The notes beneath the pieces are model-generated. The model worked only from the letters and a program-made list of their open reading frames with translations. It was not told the origin of the DNA and made no database searches. A DNA stretch of 64,000 nucleotides from Selaginella moellendorffii. Lineage: Eukaryota; Plantae; Lycopodiophyta. The stretch covers positions 551,751-615,750 of the forward strand of contig NW_003314339.1 in NCBI RefSeq assembly GCF_000143415.4, in the 5' to 3' direction. This document shows, piece by piece, positions 1 through 11,606 of the stretch; within the stretch, counting starts at the first letter, position 1; the number at the start of each line of letters is the position of its first letter. The position numbers and the translations under genes are program-made.

Positions 1-3000
1 CACCATTGTGAGGACCATCCAAGTCCTCTTCGTCCTCCTCTTCTTCGTCCTCCTCTTCTTCGTCCTCCTTTTCTTTGTCCTCCTCTTCATCCTTCTGCTC
101 TTCCTGCTCATTATCTTTCTCTGGCTCCTCATCCCCCTCCTGCATTTCTTCCATAGGCTGCTCAGGCTGGATGGCTTGTTCTTCCAGGACCATCTTGGGA
201 AAATCATCTGGTCGAGTCTCCATCTCAAAATACAAGACATCCATAGCATGTTTTAGTGCGTGACCTAGGACCATATCCTCACCCGACTATCTTAACATGG
301 TTTCTGCACGTTCTTGCACCCTTCGAAGACGACGAGATGAGAAAAACGTGGCCCTGACTTGAAAAGCATCCCTCATCCATTGTACCTCTCCATTGAGATT
401 GGGGAAGGGGAGTCCGCCATAGGAATCTGAGTCAGGAGGTGGTGATTGGCTGCTTTCATTCAGCCCTTGATCTGCAATGAATGGCATGAGCACACACGCC
501 ATAACGGCGAGGCATTACCTCCTTTTCGAATCAAACGCCTCTGATCCCGACGACTGTCCAACGTGCTTTCGCTTTTTATGACCACTGTCAGTTTGAGCTT
601 GGTTGGTGCTTGCCTGTTTTGCCTTTGAAGAAGTGTCTCCTGCAAGGAATGGCATGAGACCACACGCCATTGCAAATATAATTTGTACCTCCTTTTTTCC
701 TATTGCTTGTCTGTTTGTCCTTCTTCGACGCGCCACCAGTGCGCGTTTCAGTCCTCGTGTCTGAATATTCACAATGATCTATAATCAATATGGCATGAGG
801 CCTCACGTGACCTTACCTTGTGCAGGTTGTGAGCTCGGCCCAACAGTAGCTGTTAACGCCATTTCAGCATCTGGGGGTGGCCACGCTCTTGCATACAGAG
901 CTTGTGAGATAACATTTAAACTTAAAGTGCGTACTCACTAGGTTCGCAGAGAACATACTGTTTTTCTTTGGCAACTGTAATTATATGCTTCATTGAAGTC
1001 ACCTCTTCAATGGAGTTTGTCACCGCAACACACGGGACACCCTTGAGTAGTGCGGCTCGAAAGAATAGTCCGCCGCAGTTGTACTCGACAACGCATTTGC
1101 CCTTGGAGTCGGAAGCAGGTGCTATTGCGTTGAAGACCCAGCTGAGCATTTCCCATGCTACACCTGGAGCTTTCTCTGGATTCGAAAGCTCCATAGCCGT
1201 CTTCAGTTCCTCAGGCACGGGTAAATTGACCTCCCTCAGATCAATTCGATCGGCCTTGTCGAACGAAGCTGGGAAGTCACTCCAGTCCCACTCTGCTGCA
1301 GGACCAATAACAAGGGCGAGTGTGAAGATGCGGACATTCGTCGGTATCTTCTTCTTAGCCATTATCCCATGGATCTCCTACATCTCCTTGCCTTTCAACC
1401 GAGCCTTCACCTCGTTCAAGGCCTTCCAGAACTTGTGATAGGATTCGGAGTCGTAGATCATATAGTGGACTGAAGATTCCACCTCCACAAGTCCCACCAT
1501 TAAGTCAATGATGGAGCTGACTTCGTCGGCATGAGTGATCTCCTCATTTGTGAAGTCCATCACACAAAAGATGTTCTTGACCTGCTCATCTCCGCGGGAA
1601 ACGATGCTCCTCCACCTTTGATCCTCATCCGAATTCACGTATACCCGGTAAGGTTCTCGATAGGCCTCTGCTGCGGGGTCGAGCTGTTTCTGAAGCCGGC
1701 GGTCGACATCCCTCTTAATGAAATTTGGATACTGATCCAACTTCTCAGCTTTACTTTTCGTGGCATCCCGCAGCAGATCGATGAACTTGGGGGCCCCCTT
1801 CACGTAGTCGTCGATGTCTTCATTTGACAACTCCAGCTCTTCCATCATCTCTTGCGTGGTGTCGATGCTCACCCTCTCCACGGCCACTTGCTCGAAGATC
1901 CAATCCTTCAATAGCGCACGAGCTCTCAGAGTCGTGCACAAGTCCTCGTATGTCACAATATGGCTGGGAGTCATTTTGGTCTTGTTGAAGACTACCTCAC
2001 CACGTAGAAGGGCATTAGCCACTGTCAGAAGGTCGTCGTCGTCTAGAGACCGCGAGAAACGCAAGGCGTTGAGCTTCAAATCATTGGGCTTCCGGCCGTC
2101 CTCCACACCCATTGAGTTTAGCAACTCCCCGTCATGGTACCTCCTCAGCACATCTACCCATTTGTCAAAAACAACTTTTGTCGCGAGTAGAATGTTATGG
2201 ATGCTGAGTGTGTCATTGACCCCCAGTGTTTTCGAGAGAAGACTCGAGAATTCCTGCAATGGAAATGGCATGAGGCCACATGCTATGCCACATGCAACGA
2301 GGCTTACCTGCCAGGCGCTAGTTGCTAGTGCACGTCCTTGTCCTGGTTTTTGTGGCTTCTTCAGTTGAACCCAGAGCTTCCGTGTTCGTGCCAATGTCTC
2401 GTGCAGACCCGATTTGTAGCACGTTTCTTGCTTGACATTCTGCGCGTGGGAGATGGATATGATAGATCGGAGGGGCAAGTTGCCTTTTATCAGGCGGACA
2501 ACTCTTGTTTTGAAGACTTTCTTCACCTCCTCGCCCACCATAATATCCACAACTATCTCTTGCATCGCCAAACTAGAATGCTGCCCAGAGACGGCATAGA
2601 GCCGGATGTTCTGATCGTCCAACACCTTCCTATTAATCAAGTCTGGAAACCTCGTCTCGCCCTTCATTGTTCGGTAGTAGGGGATCACGTCTGCGATGTC
2701 GGGTGTTACTGGACTTGCCAGCATCTTCTGCTTCAGTTTCTCCACCCACTCATCAGATACTAGCCTGTGGTTGTATTTGCTTTGGATGTCGATACGGCTC
2801 ACATCGATTGTATATACTTTGTTGGAATAGTAACAAGTACTATTATCTGCGACGATTTTTGCTGCCTCTTCTTGCTCTTTCTGCTCTTTGCGGCTCTTCT
2901 TTTTGGTGGGTGTAGTGTTCGAACCCGAGGCAATGGCATCACCGAGTAGCTTCTTTTTTGGAGCAGGAGAGTCGGACGTCGGCTTGAGCTTGACCACCCT

Positions 3001-3728
3001 TTTCTGCTTCGGGGTAGTTTCCAGATCGACCCCCTTCCCCTTCGCTTCGCAAACTGGAGGCACTCTCAACGGCTCAATGTTGGAATATAGTTTTTGAACA
3101 TCGCCGTAGGTGAGGTCCGTGGATTCCATGTGATCTTCATAGACCCGCAGCGTCTTTGAAATTGTGGGCCTCCTGGACAACCTCTCCCTAGCTCCCTCTA
3201 GGAATTCCTCATAGCCGCTGCCCCCCTCCGGGAAGCCGCTAGGATGTGCAAGGTGGATCTTGAAGGCGGACGCTGTCTCTACCACAAGTGCCAGTCCATA
3301 TTCTTGCATGGAACTGCATGGAGTGTCTGTCACTTGGATGAGGATCCCCATGCATTCTTTTCTCCCACCATCTGTGTTGTACAGCATCAGATCCTCGCCT
3401 TCCATCCCGAAAGTCCAACTGGTGAGCTCCTCCCCCTTCTCTGCATCCACATTGACAGTGGCTGGAAGAAGAACGCAATTCCTCGCCTGTTCAAAAATGC
3501 ACAACAATTAGAGCTGACAGATGAAAAGCTAGCAGCTGGAAATAACGTGAGGCCACACGCCATTCACCACTGCATCAGATGTCTTGAGGCTGCATCCTAA
3601 GATGGCGTGAGGCTACACGCCATCTGTAACCGGACTGCACTCGAGAGCCCAATCGGTGCATGCCAATGTTGCTACTGAATGGCATGTGGCCTCATGCCAT
3701 TTTCTACTTGGCCTAAAAGACTTACCAT
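1..3728 (-). pseudogene. Multi-exon ParB-like / MTase-like gene, copy 1 (3' part outside window)
   Basis: ATG 3728-3726, intron 3725-3487, exon ARNCVLLP..., 54-nt intron 2307-2254, further small GT-AG introns near 938-889, 816-762, 688-640 and 518-472. In-frame TAG at 1378-1380 (CAG in copy 2) and a 23-bp deletion near 520 relative to copy 2. Confidence 0.8.
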
Positions 3729-5003
3729 TTGAAGCCGAATGGAGGCCGTGACAATCGAGGCCGGACTCGCTGGCGAATGTGCACTGTGTGTGCAGCAGAT
3801 CGTAGCAGCAAGGCTACTCTGCCACTTACAGTTGGAGAGTGGCGCTGAAATCTCCCGGGACGCCAAGTGGGCTGCGTGTGGGTGGCGGAGTGGGCGGTGG
3901 AGTTGGCGGCGAAGTTACAAACTAGGTGTGTCTTGAAGTGGACGCCGATGCACACGAGCGCGATGCGAGCGCAATGCGAGCGCGAGTGTGATGCAAGCGT
4001 GAGTGGATGCCGATGCACACGAGAAACCTGTAGAGAAGGTAGATGAGCGCGAATGTGAGCGTGATCGCGAGTGGGAGCACAATGCAAGCGCGAGTACGAT
4101 GCAAAATGCAAAACCTAACCTCACACGCGCGAAATGTCACGACGGTTGGTAATCCCGCCACGTCATCATTCCTCGGACTTGGGCGCCACCATTAATTTCT
4201 GGATTGCCGCGCACATGCATGCAAGTGAAATCCAAAAGAAATCCGCAACGTCATCATTCCTCGGACTGCATGCACGCGAAATCCAAAAGAAAGATCATGA
4301 TTGGGATATCATTTAATACCCTCACTATATTTATACCATGCATGATTGGATATTCCAAAGCATCTTGTATTTCCAAAAATGCCAGATGGAATTATAAGAT
4401 CTGGTTTGTCAGAGGATTTGATGTGATGTTCAAGCGTGTGGGCTCATGCAATTTTGATCCCAAAAAATGCACCAAAAAATGCTTGGCATGATCTGGCATT
4501 ATCTCTTGAATGGCGTGGGGCCGCATGCCATTTTCAGGGGCACATTGGAGTATATTCCTAGAATATTCTGATAGGCGCGAGAGTTTTTTGAGTTTTCTGG
4601 AGATCCAACCGTTAGATTGCAACTAGATTTTACAAAATGGTATACAATGTCTTTCTTGATGACCCTGCAAAGAAGCATCTCGATCAGACACCACATGAGA
4701 CCACACGAGCCTTACAATGTTTCAGGGGCATTTGCCATAGATCCGACCGTTATTTTGCTCCAAGATTTTACAGTTTGGTGTGCATTGACCTTTCCATCGA
4801 AACTGCAAAGGGACATCACAATCAGATGCGGGATCACAAAAACTAACTTCACTAACTCTGGTTTCACCAAGATCTACGTAAGGAGTTATGAAATGAAAGG
4901 ACCCTCTCTATTGAAATGTGTTTATGGTCTTAGGGGCATTGTGACATATCAAAGGATTTTGCATCAAGTTCTATATTTGCATGTTTATCAAGCTACTGAA
5001 TTG

Positions 5004-5030
5004 CTAAACCCTAAACCCTAAACCCTAAAC
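5004..5030 (+). repeat. Interstitial plant telomere-type repeat (CCCTAAA) x ~3.9
   Basis: ctaaaccctaaaccctaaaccctaaac; same tract at 37960-37986 in copy 2. Confidence 0.85.
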
Positions 5031-5377
5031 ATATGGCAAATGCTGCGTGAAGAAAGATGCCCTTTCTGGGCAAATGCTGTAAGAGGCAGATGCTGAGCAG
5101 ATGTATCTCAGGCTAGCGAAGGGGACAAACGAAAGCTAGCTATAAACATGACGGGATGCAAATAGATTACTAGGCTGGTCCTGCGAAAATCAAAAACCAT
5201 AATTGAAAACATTGAAAATGCAAAAAGAAAGGTTTATAATATTTTTGAATTTTAAGCAACCAAAGGAATGTAAGTAGGGCATGTGTTTGTAAGTTTAAAA
5301 ATGCCTCAACCACTTAAATTCCCAAGTAAATAAAGCTGTTTCTATTTTTAGTACAGGTAAACTTTATAGCGTGTGGG

Positions 5378-6490
5378 TGTAAGCGACTAAATTTTCCATT
5401 CTACTTTAGTCACTTAACCACACTTCCAACCACTTGGAGGAGTCTCACTCACAACCTCCATAAGTCCTATTCCAGACTTGGGCTTGCTAGCCCCAAGAAT
5501 GGCATCCCCGCCACTCAACCTTTGCACTTGATCCAAGTGCTCCACGTGTCCGATCCCATGACCGACACCCCAAGGTACCACTGACATATCAACCCGTTAC
5601 GCTAAGGCCATGCCCCTTTACCTTGGCCACACCGGTGGTCTAACACCACCTGCATCACAGACCCATCTCTCAAGGACTGGGCCATCCGTCCATGAGTGAT
5701 CATTCCAGATCCACTCCTTAGCATCCTTAGGATGCCCACAGACATGGGGAATAGCCTTCCCCAATATCCCTTTTCTGGTCTTCACCAAATCCCTTTCTGC
5801 CCATGGCCGTGTTCGCCAACACTGCCACTAGATCAAGGCCCACAGGCCCGACCACTAAGTCCCACGGTCCTCGGGGACTTCCTCACCACACGACTGTGTC
5901 CTTGGTCACTACCCCAGAGGACTGCTCCTCTTCCTTTCCACAGTCTGGGCCTTTGGGAAAACATTTCGGAACACCGTGGCCTTACGCGAGCCACCTGGGT
6001 ACTCTCCTCGCCTTCTGTCCTTGGGTGCTCTAGCCATGGGCTTAGAGCGGGTTCCGTTGAGCCACACCAGGTATCCAAGTAGGTAGTGCCACCCACACTT
6101 GGACTGGGAGCATCGGCCAGTCGATCTCCCGGGGGAACTAGAGCCGGCTCTTGAACACTTCACCAAGCTACCCCGCTTGTCGGTCTGTGTTCACTCTAGT
6201 CTTGGACTTCCCAGTGGGCAGCTTATCACCCAACACTGGGTCCGGCCTTCCTGGGCCAAACTGGCCTTTCCTGGCCAAACTGGCTCCACTGCAGTCCTCC
6301 CCCTACTATACTTTTGGAGCTCACCAAACCCCCCAGGGTCTGAGAGACGAACGCTTTGGGCTTTCACCGTCTCAGGCTCTGGACTCGGACTCGGACTCGG
6401 ACTCGGACTCGGACTCGGACTCGGATTCGGACTCGGACTCGGGCTCGGGCTCGGTCTCGGCCTCGGCCTTGGTCTCGGTCTTGGTCCCGA

Positions 6491-6522
<32 letters not shown>

Positions 6523-7243
6523 CCGGTCTCGGTCTCGACTTCGGACTCCATCTCGGACTCCATCTCGGACTCCATCTCGGACTCCATCTCGGGTCCATCT
6601 CGGGTCCATCTCAGACTCCATCTCGGACTCCATCTCGGGTCCATCTCGGACTTCATCTCGGACTCCATTTCGGGTCCATCTCGGGTCCACCTCGGACTCC
6701 ACCTCGGACTCCATCTCGGACTCCATCTCGGGTCCATCTCGGACTCCACTTCGGGCTCGAACTCGGGTCCATCTCGAGTCCACCTCGGGCTCCACTTCGG
6801 ACTCCATCTCGGACTCCATCTCGGGTCCATCTCGGACTCCACTTCGGACGCCAACTCGGGTCCATCTCGGACTCCACTTCGGACTCCAACTCGGGTCCAT
6901 CTCGGACTCCACTTCGGACTCGAACTCGGGTCCATCTCGGACTCCACTTCGGACTCCAACTCGGGTCCATCTCGGACTCCACTTCGGACTCCAACTCGAG
7001 TCCATCTCGGACACTCCCACGTGTCATGTGCTGGTCCTTTTGGGTCCCTTTTTGGAGCCTCGCCTTTTGCTCGCTTCGTGCTCATTCCTCGAGCACTTCG
7101 TTGGGAGTTCCACTCCTGCTCTTGACTTTTCAAGTCGGAGCTTTTGGTCCAAACGTGTTACGCTCGTTTGGCTCTCGCTTCGGCCACTACCATGTGGCGC
7201 CCTTCCGGCTCCACTTTGGGGCCTAGGGATTTTGTGTCTCACA
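5378..7243 (-). repeat. Family A LTR (array copy 1)
   Basis: tgtaagcgac...gtctcaca, with internal GGACTC/CTCGGT and 11-12-mer tandem arrays. Confidence 0.9.
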
Positions 7244-9647
7244 CCAAGTCCTCTCACTTGACAAGCCTGTGATCATGCATGGACTCTTCCATGCTCGGCC
7301 CCATGGGCCACCCCTTTGAAGTTGGCTCCTTCAACTAGGGTATTCGTTCCCCCCAACTTGCCAATCTCACTTAGCAAGTCATCCAGCCACTGTAATATGG
7401 TTCATGCATAAGCGTGAAAGCCCTTGATCCTTGACTTTCGTTCAAAGCCTTCTCTTTGAAGGCTCGGGAACAACTTCCCTAACCTTGAAAGCCTTGCCTC
7501 ATGGCAAGCTTCAAGACCACGCTTCTGCTGCGCCATTCTGATTTCGCGTGTTCCTTGAACCATTTACGTTTGGCCTTTCTAGGTACTAAGCTACCTAGAA
7601 TCCTCTTTGGGAACCTTGAAGGAACTCTGTCCCTCAGCTTGCTAAGGCCTCCCTTTTTTGCAAGCTTTATAGTTGCCATATAGTCTAACATGGACAATTC
7701 CATATTTTAGACTCTCCATGGCATCACGGTTGCTAGTGGCAACACCCTCGAGCCCCCACTTGATGCTCCACTCCCAGCTGGCATAACCAACCTTGGCTAT
7801 GCCCTTCGATTCCTGTGGTTCGGTTCTATCCCCTTACTTATTGCTTTTGGCTTCACACCTTTCCTTCGGTCATTCTCCTCCAGACCAAGAGGATAGCTTT
7901 GCACTTTATATCATGCCTTAGCAAGTATTCTTAGGGATGGACCTACCCAATAGCCCATGGAGTGGTTCCTCAATCCGGGTATGCTCACCTTATAATCCCA
8001 CACACTGGGATTACCTTGTTGCTTATGGGCCTTTACATGCCCATCACTAGCCTTGCCAAAATTCCATTTTTGGCTTTGTCCAACTCGGGTAGACAGTCCT
8101 CTCCTGTCTCCGCAACCTTGGACATTTGGATAGCACCTTCTATCCATCATTGGCTAGGGACTTAGTCCCTTGGGTCTTATCCATTGCCCTCGCGACATCA
8201 AACACCACCTTCTGGTGTTCTAGAGTGTTCGGGTGTCCCAATGATGGCTTTCTTGACAATGAGTATTTCCTTTTATGACATTGACTTACTATATCGCAAC
8301 ATAAGCAACTTATCCCCCGTAAGGGTATATCCAACTTCCTTATGCTATTAAGAAGTCTTGGGTAGCTACCTTCTACCCGTTTAGCTAGTTATTTTGCACC
8401 TCTTGCTTAGTTGCCTCATAGTTGTCAAGTCCTACAACTCATTGTTTGGTGCTTCCACACCTCCATCATTATCTGGATCACCACACTCCAACTACATGCT
8501 CTGCAGCTTAGGCTATGCCATTCCCGTTTCCCTTGGGATTCCTTTGGCAAGGGGTTTTCATGAACCCACCAACATAGCCTCAAGGTATCACACCTTGGCA
8601 CATTTGGTGTCTCCACACCATCGGCTCCACGAGCCTACCTCTATGACACTTCCCCTTCGTGTCTAAGTCTTTGCCAAGACCAACACCGCCCTTTCTCATG
8701 CCAACCATTCGTTAGCACTGCACCATAGAGGTCCCACACAACTTCGTGTCAAAGTTGTTTTCTTCTGGGAACACCTTTTCCATAACTTTAGCATGGCATA
8801 TTTTGCCATCGATGAGATACCCTCTGTTCTCATCCTTGGATCCTATGACCCCCCCCCATCCTTTGTGGGGTACAACACACCTCAGTCCAAATGCTTCCAT
8901 CAGTCCTTTTAGGACCATCCGTTGACTCTACTTGAGTCATCCAGTAGTTTTGGACGTGGTTAATCCACAGACCCGTAAGGTCTTACTTGTGAGGCACTAG
9001 CTCACTGGAATACACTTCTTGCATTCCTGTCCCACTCAAAAGGACTATTTTCACAAGTGTTACTCTGACACTTGATTTTGTTCTCTGGGGGCCACCTTTG
9101 CCCCTTAGGACTACTTGTCCATGTGATGAGAATACCACTCATCTCTAAGTACACCCCCCAACTCCTTGGGTTGTTCCAGCATTTATTAAAGGTAGCCCCG
9201 GCTACCATTTCAAGGACTTGAGTCCTCTTCCGTATTTGACCTCCCACGGTCATTACCTCTGGTCTCACATTCATGAGCACCAACCTCAACTATATGAGGA
9301 TAATCTTATAACTCCTTTATTGTTTTGGAGTCTCTATCTTTTCTGTGATCCCAACTATAGTTGTTTACCACAACTAGCTTAGCCAATTTGCCGAGACAAA
9401 TGCTCATCCGCATCACATCCTCAACTCAATGAGGAAAACCTTGCACTGTTCCCAAGATCCCAAAGTCGTTCCATTATTGGCCCTTTTCTATCCACCACCT
9501 CGTCTACAAGTTCACACATGAACTGTAATGGAGAGCCATGTCTTCCCGACTTGCTACTCCTCAAGGATAAGCCCACTCCTCGGACCTTCCAATGCCAACA
9601 CTAGTGGTGATATACTTGAGCACCAATAAAAGTCGGACTAAGGAACA

Positions 9648-9659
9648 GCTCCGATACTA
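9648..9659 (-). promoter_or_regulatory. Primer-binding site, tRNA-iMet type, with TGG->TAG change
   Basis: Reverse complement TAGTATCGGAGC lies 3 nt from the LTR end; identical at ~15242-15253 and ~21082-21093. The family B PBS reads TGGTATCGGAGC. Confidence 0.75.
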
Positions 9660-9662
9660 AAT

Positions 9663-10776
9663 TGTAAGCGACTATATTTTCCATTCTACTTTAGTCAGTT
9701 AACCACACTTCCAACCACTTGGAGGAGTCTCACTCACAACCTCCATAAGTCCTATTCCAGACTTGGGCTTGCTAGCCCCAAGAATGGCATCCCCGCCACT
9801 CAACCTTTGCACTTGATCCAAGTGCTCCACGTGTCCGATCCCATGACCGACACCCCAAGGTACCACTGACATATCAACCCGTTACGCTAAGGCCATGCCC
9901 CTTTACCTTGGCCACACCGGTGGTCTAACACCACCTGCATCACAGACCCATCTCTCAAGGACTGGGCCATCCGTCCATGAGTGATCATTCCAGATCCACT
10001 CCTTAGCATTCTTAGGATGCCCACAGACATGGGGAATAGCCTTCCCCAATATCCCTTTTCTGGTCTTCACCAAATCCCTTTCTGCCCATGGCCGTGTTCG
10101 CCAACACTGCCACTGGATCAAGGCCCACAGGCCCGACCACTAAGTCCCACGGTCCTCGGGGACTTCCTCACCACACGACCATGTCCTTGGTCACTACCCC
10201 AGAGGACTGCTCCTCTTCCTTTCCACAGTCTGGGCCTTTGGGACAACATTTCGAAACACCGTGGCCTTACGCGAGCCACCTAGGTACTCTCCCCGCCTTC
10301 CGCCTTTAGGTGCTCTAGCCATGGGCTTAGAGCGAGGTTCCATTGAGCCACGACATGTATCCAAGTAGGTAGTGCCACCCACACTTGGACTGGGAGCATC
10401 GGCCAGTCGATCTCCCGGGGGAACTAGAGCCAGCTCTTGAACACTTCACCAAGCTACCCCGCTTGTCGGTCCGTGTTCACTCTAGTCTTGGACTTCCCAG
10501 TGGGCAGCTCATCACCCAACACTGGGTCCGGCCTTCCTGGGCCAAACTGGCCTTTCCTGGCCAAACTGGCTCCACTGCAGTCCTCCCCCTACTATACTTT
10601 TGGAGCTCACCAAACCCCCCAGGGTCTGAGAGACGAACGCTTTGGGCTTTCACCGTCTCAGGCTCTGGACTCGGACTCGGACTCGGACTCGGACTCGGAC
10701 TCGGACTCGGATTCGGACTCGGACTCGGGCTCGGGCTCGGTCTCGGCCTCGGCCTTGGTCTCGGTCTTGGTCCCAA

Positions 10777-10808
<32 letters not shown>

Positions 10809-11369
10809 CCGGTCTCGGTCTCGACTTCGGACTCCATCTCGGGTCCATCTCGGACTCCATCTCGGACTCCATCTCGGACTCCATCTCGGGTCCATCTCGG
10901 ACTCCATCTCGGACTCCATCTCGGGTCCACCTCGGACTCCACCTCGGACTCCATCTCGGGTTCACCTCGGACTCCACCTCGGACTCCATCTCGGGCTCCA
11001 TATCGGTTCCATCTCGGACTCCATCTCGGACTCCATTTTGGGTCCATCTCGGGTCCACCTCGGACTCCATCTCGGGGTCCTTCTCGGACTCCACTTCGGA
11101 CTCCACTTCGGACTCCAACTCGGGCCCATCTCGGACACTTCCACGTGTCATGTGTTGGTCCTTTTGGGTCCCTTTTTGGAGCCTCGCTTATGGCTCGCTT
11201 CGTGCTCATTCCTCGAGCACTTCGTTGGGAGTTCCACTCCCGCTCTTGACTTTTTCAAGTCGGAGCTTTTGGTCCAAACGTGTTACGCTCGTTTGGCTCT
11301 TGCTTCGGCCACTACCACGTGGCGCCCTTTCCGGCTCTACTTTGGGGCCTAGGGATTTTGTGTCTCACA
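9663..11369 (-). repeat. Family A LTR (array copy 2)
   Basis: TG...CA ends; followed on + by actccaccacccatag (PPT on minus). Confidence 0.9.
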
Positions 11370-11481
11370 ACTCCACCACCCATAGACGAAGTTCGATGTC
11401 CTCATCGAACGGTAAACCATTTTATAAAGTAACACCCGCATGTGTTACCATTTCCATCCTTGGCACCTAGCCAATATTTGT

Positions 11482-11606
11482 TAATGGTTTGACATTGAAG
11501 GCTCACCATGCCTTCTCCATATTCGTCAATGGTTTGCCATTGAAGGCTCACCATGCCTTTTGCATATTCCTCAATGGTTTGACACCAAAGGCTCACCATG
11601 CCTTAC
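11482..11606. repeat. Three 45-bp tandem repeats near the PPT of the family A internal region
   Basis: aatggtttg(a/c)ca(tt/cc)(g/a)aaggctcaccatgcctt... x3; also at ~17058-17182. Confidence 0.8.

Noticed and set aside
968-2368. Plus-strand ORFs antisense to the ParB-like gene, and similar ones against pol and the transposase
   Set aside because: Shadow ORFs of real coding strands, with no motifs.
481-4531. 22-bp palindromes as bacterial REP elements or terminators
   Set aside because: They lie in spliceosomal introns of a plant-type sequence, have no U-tails, and are confined to one transposon.
5004-5030. Chromosome end or healed break
   Set aside because: Only about 4 units, and present at the same internal position in both transposon copies.
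6537-7012. CRISPR-like array
   Set aside because: Units are contiguous 11-12-mers with no unique spacers, there are no cas genes, and the context is eukaryotic.
6099-7261. Long SD/RS/GL-repeat ORFs in all six frames (also in every other LTR)
   Set aside because: They arise from stop-free 6/11/12-mer tandem arrays inside LTRs, and the frames shift freely between copies.
7244-9662. Short ORFs (60-95 aa) repeated in family A interiors
   Set aside because: No gag/pol motifs; recurrence reflects recent duplication only.
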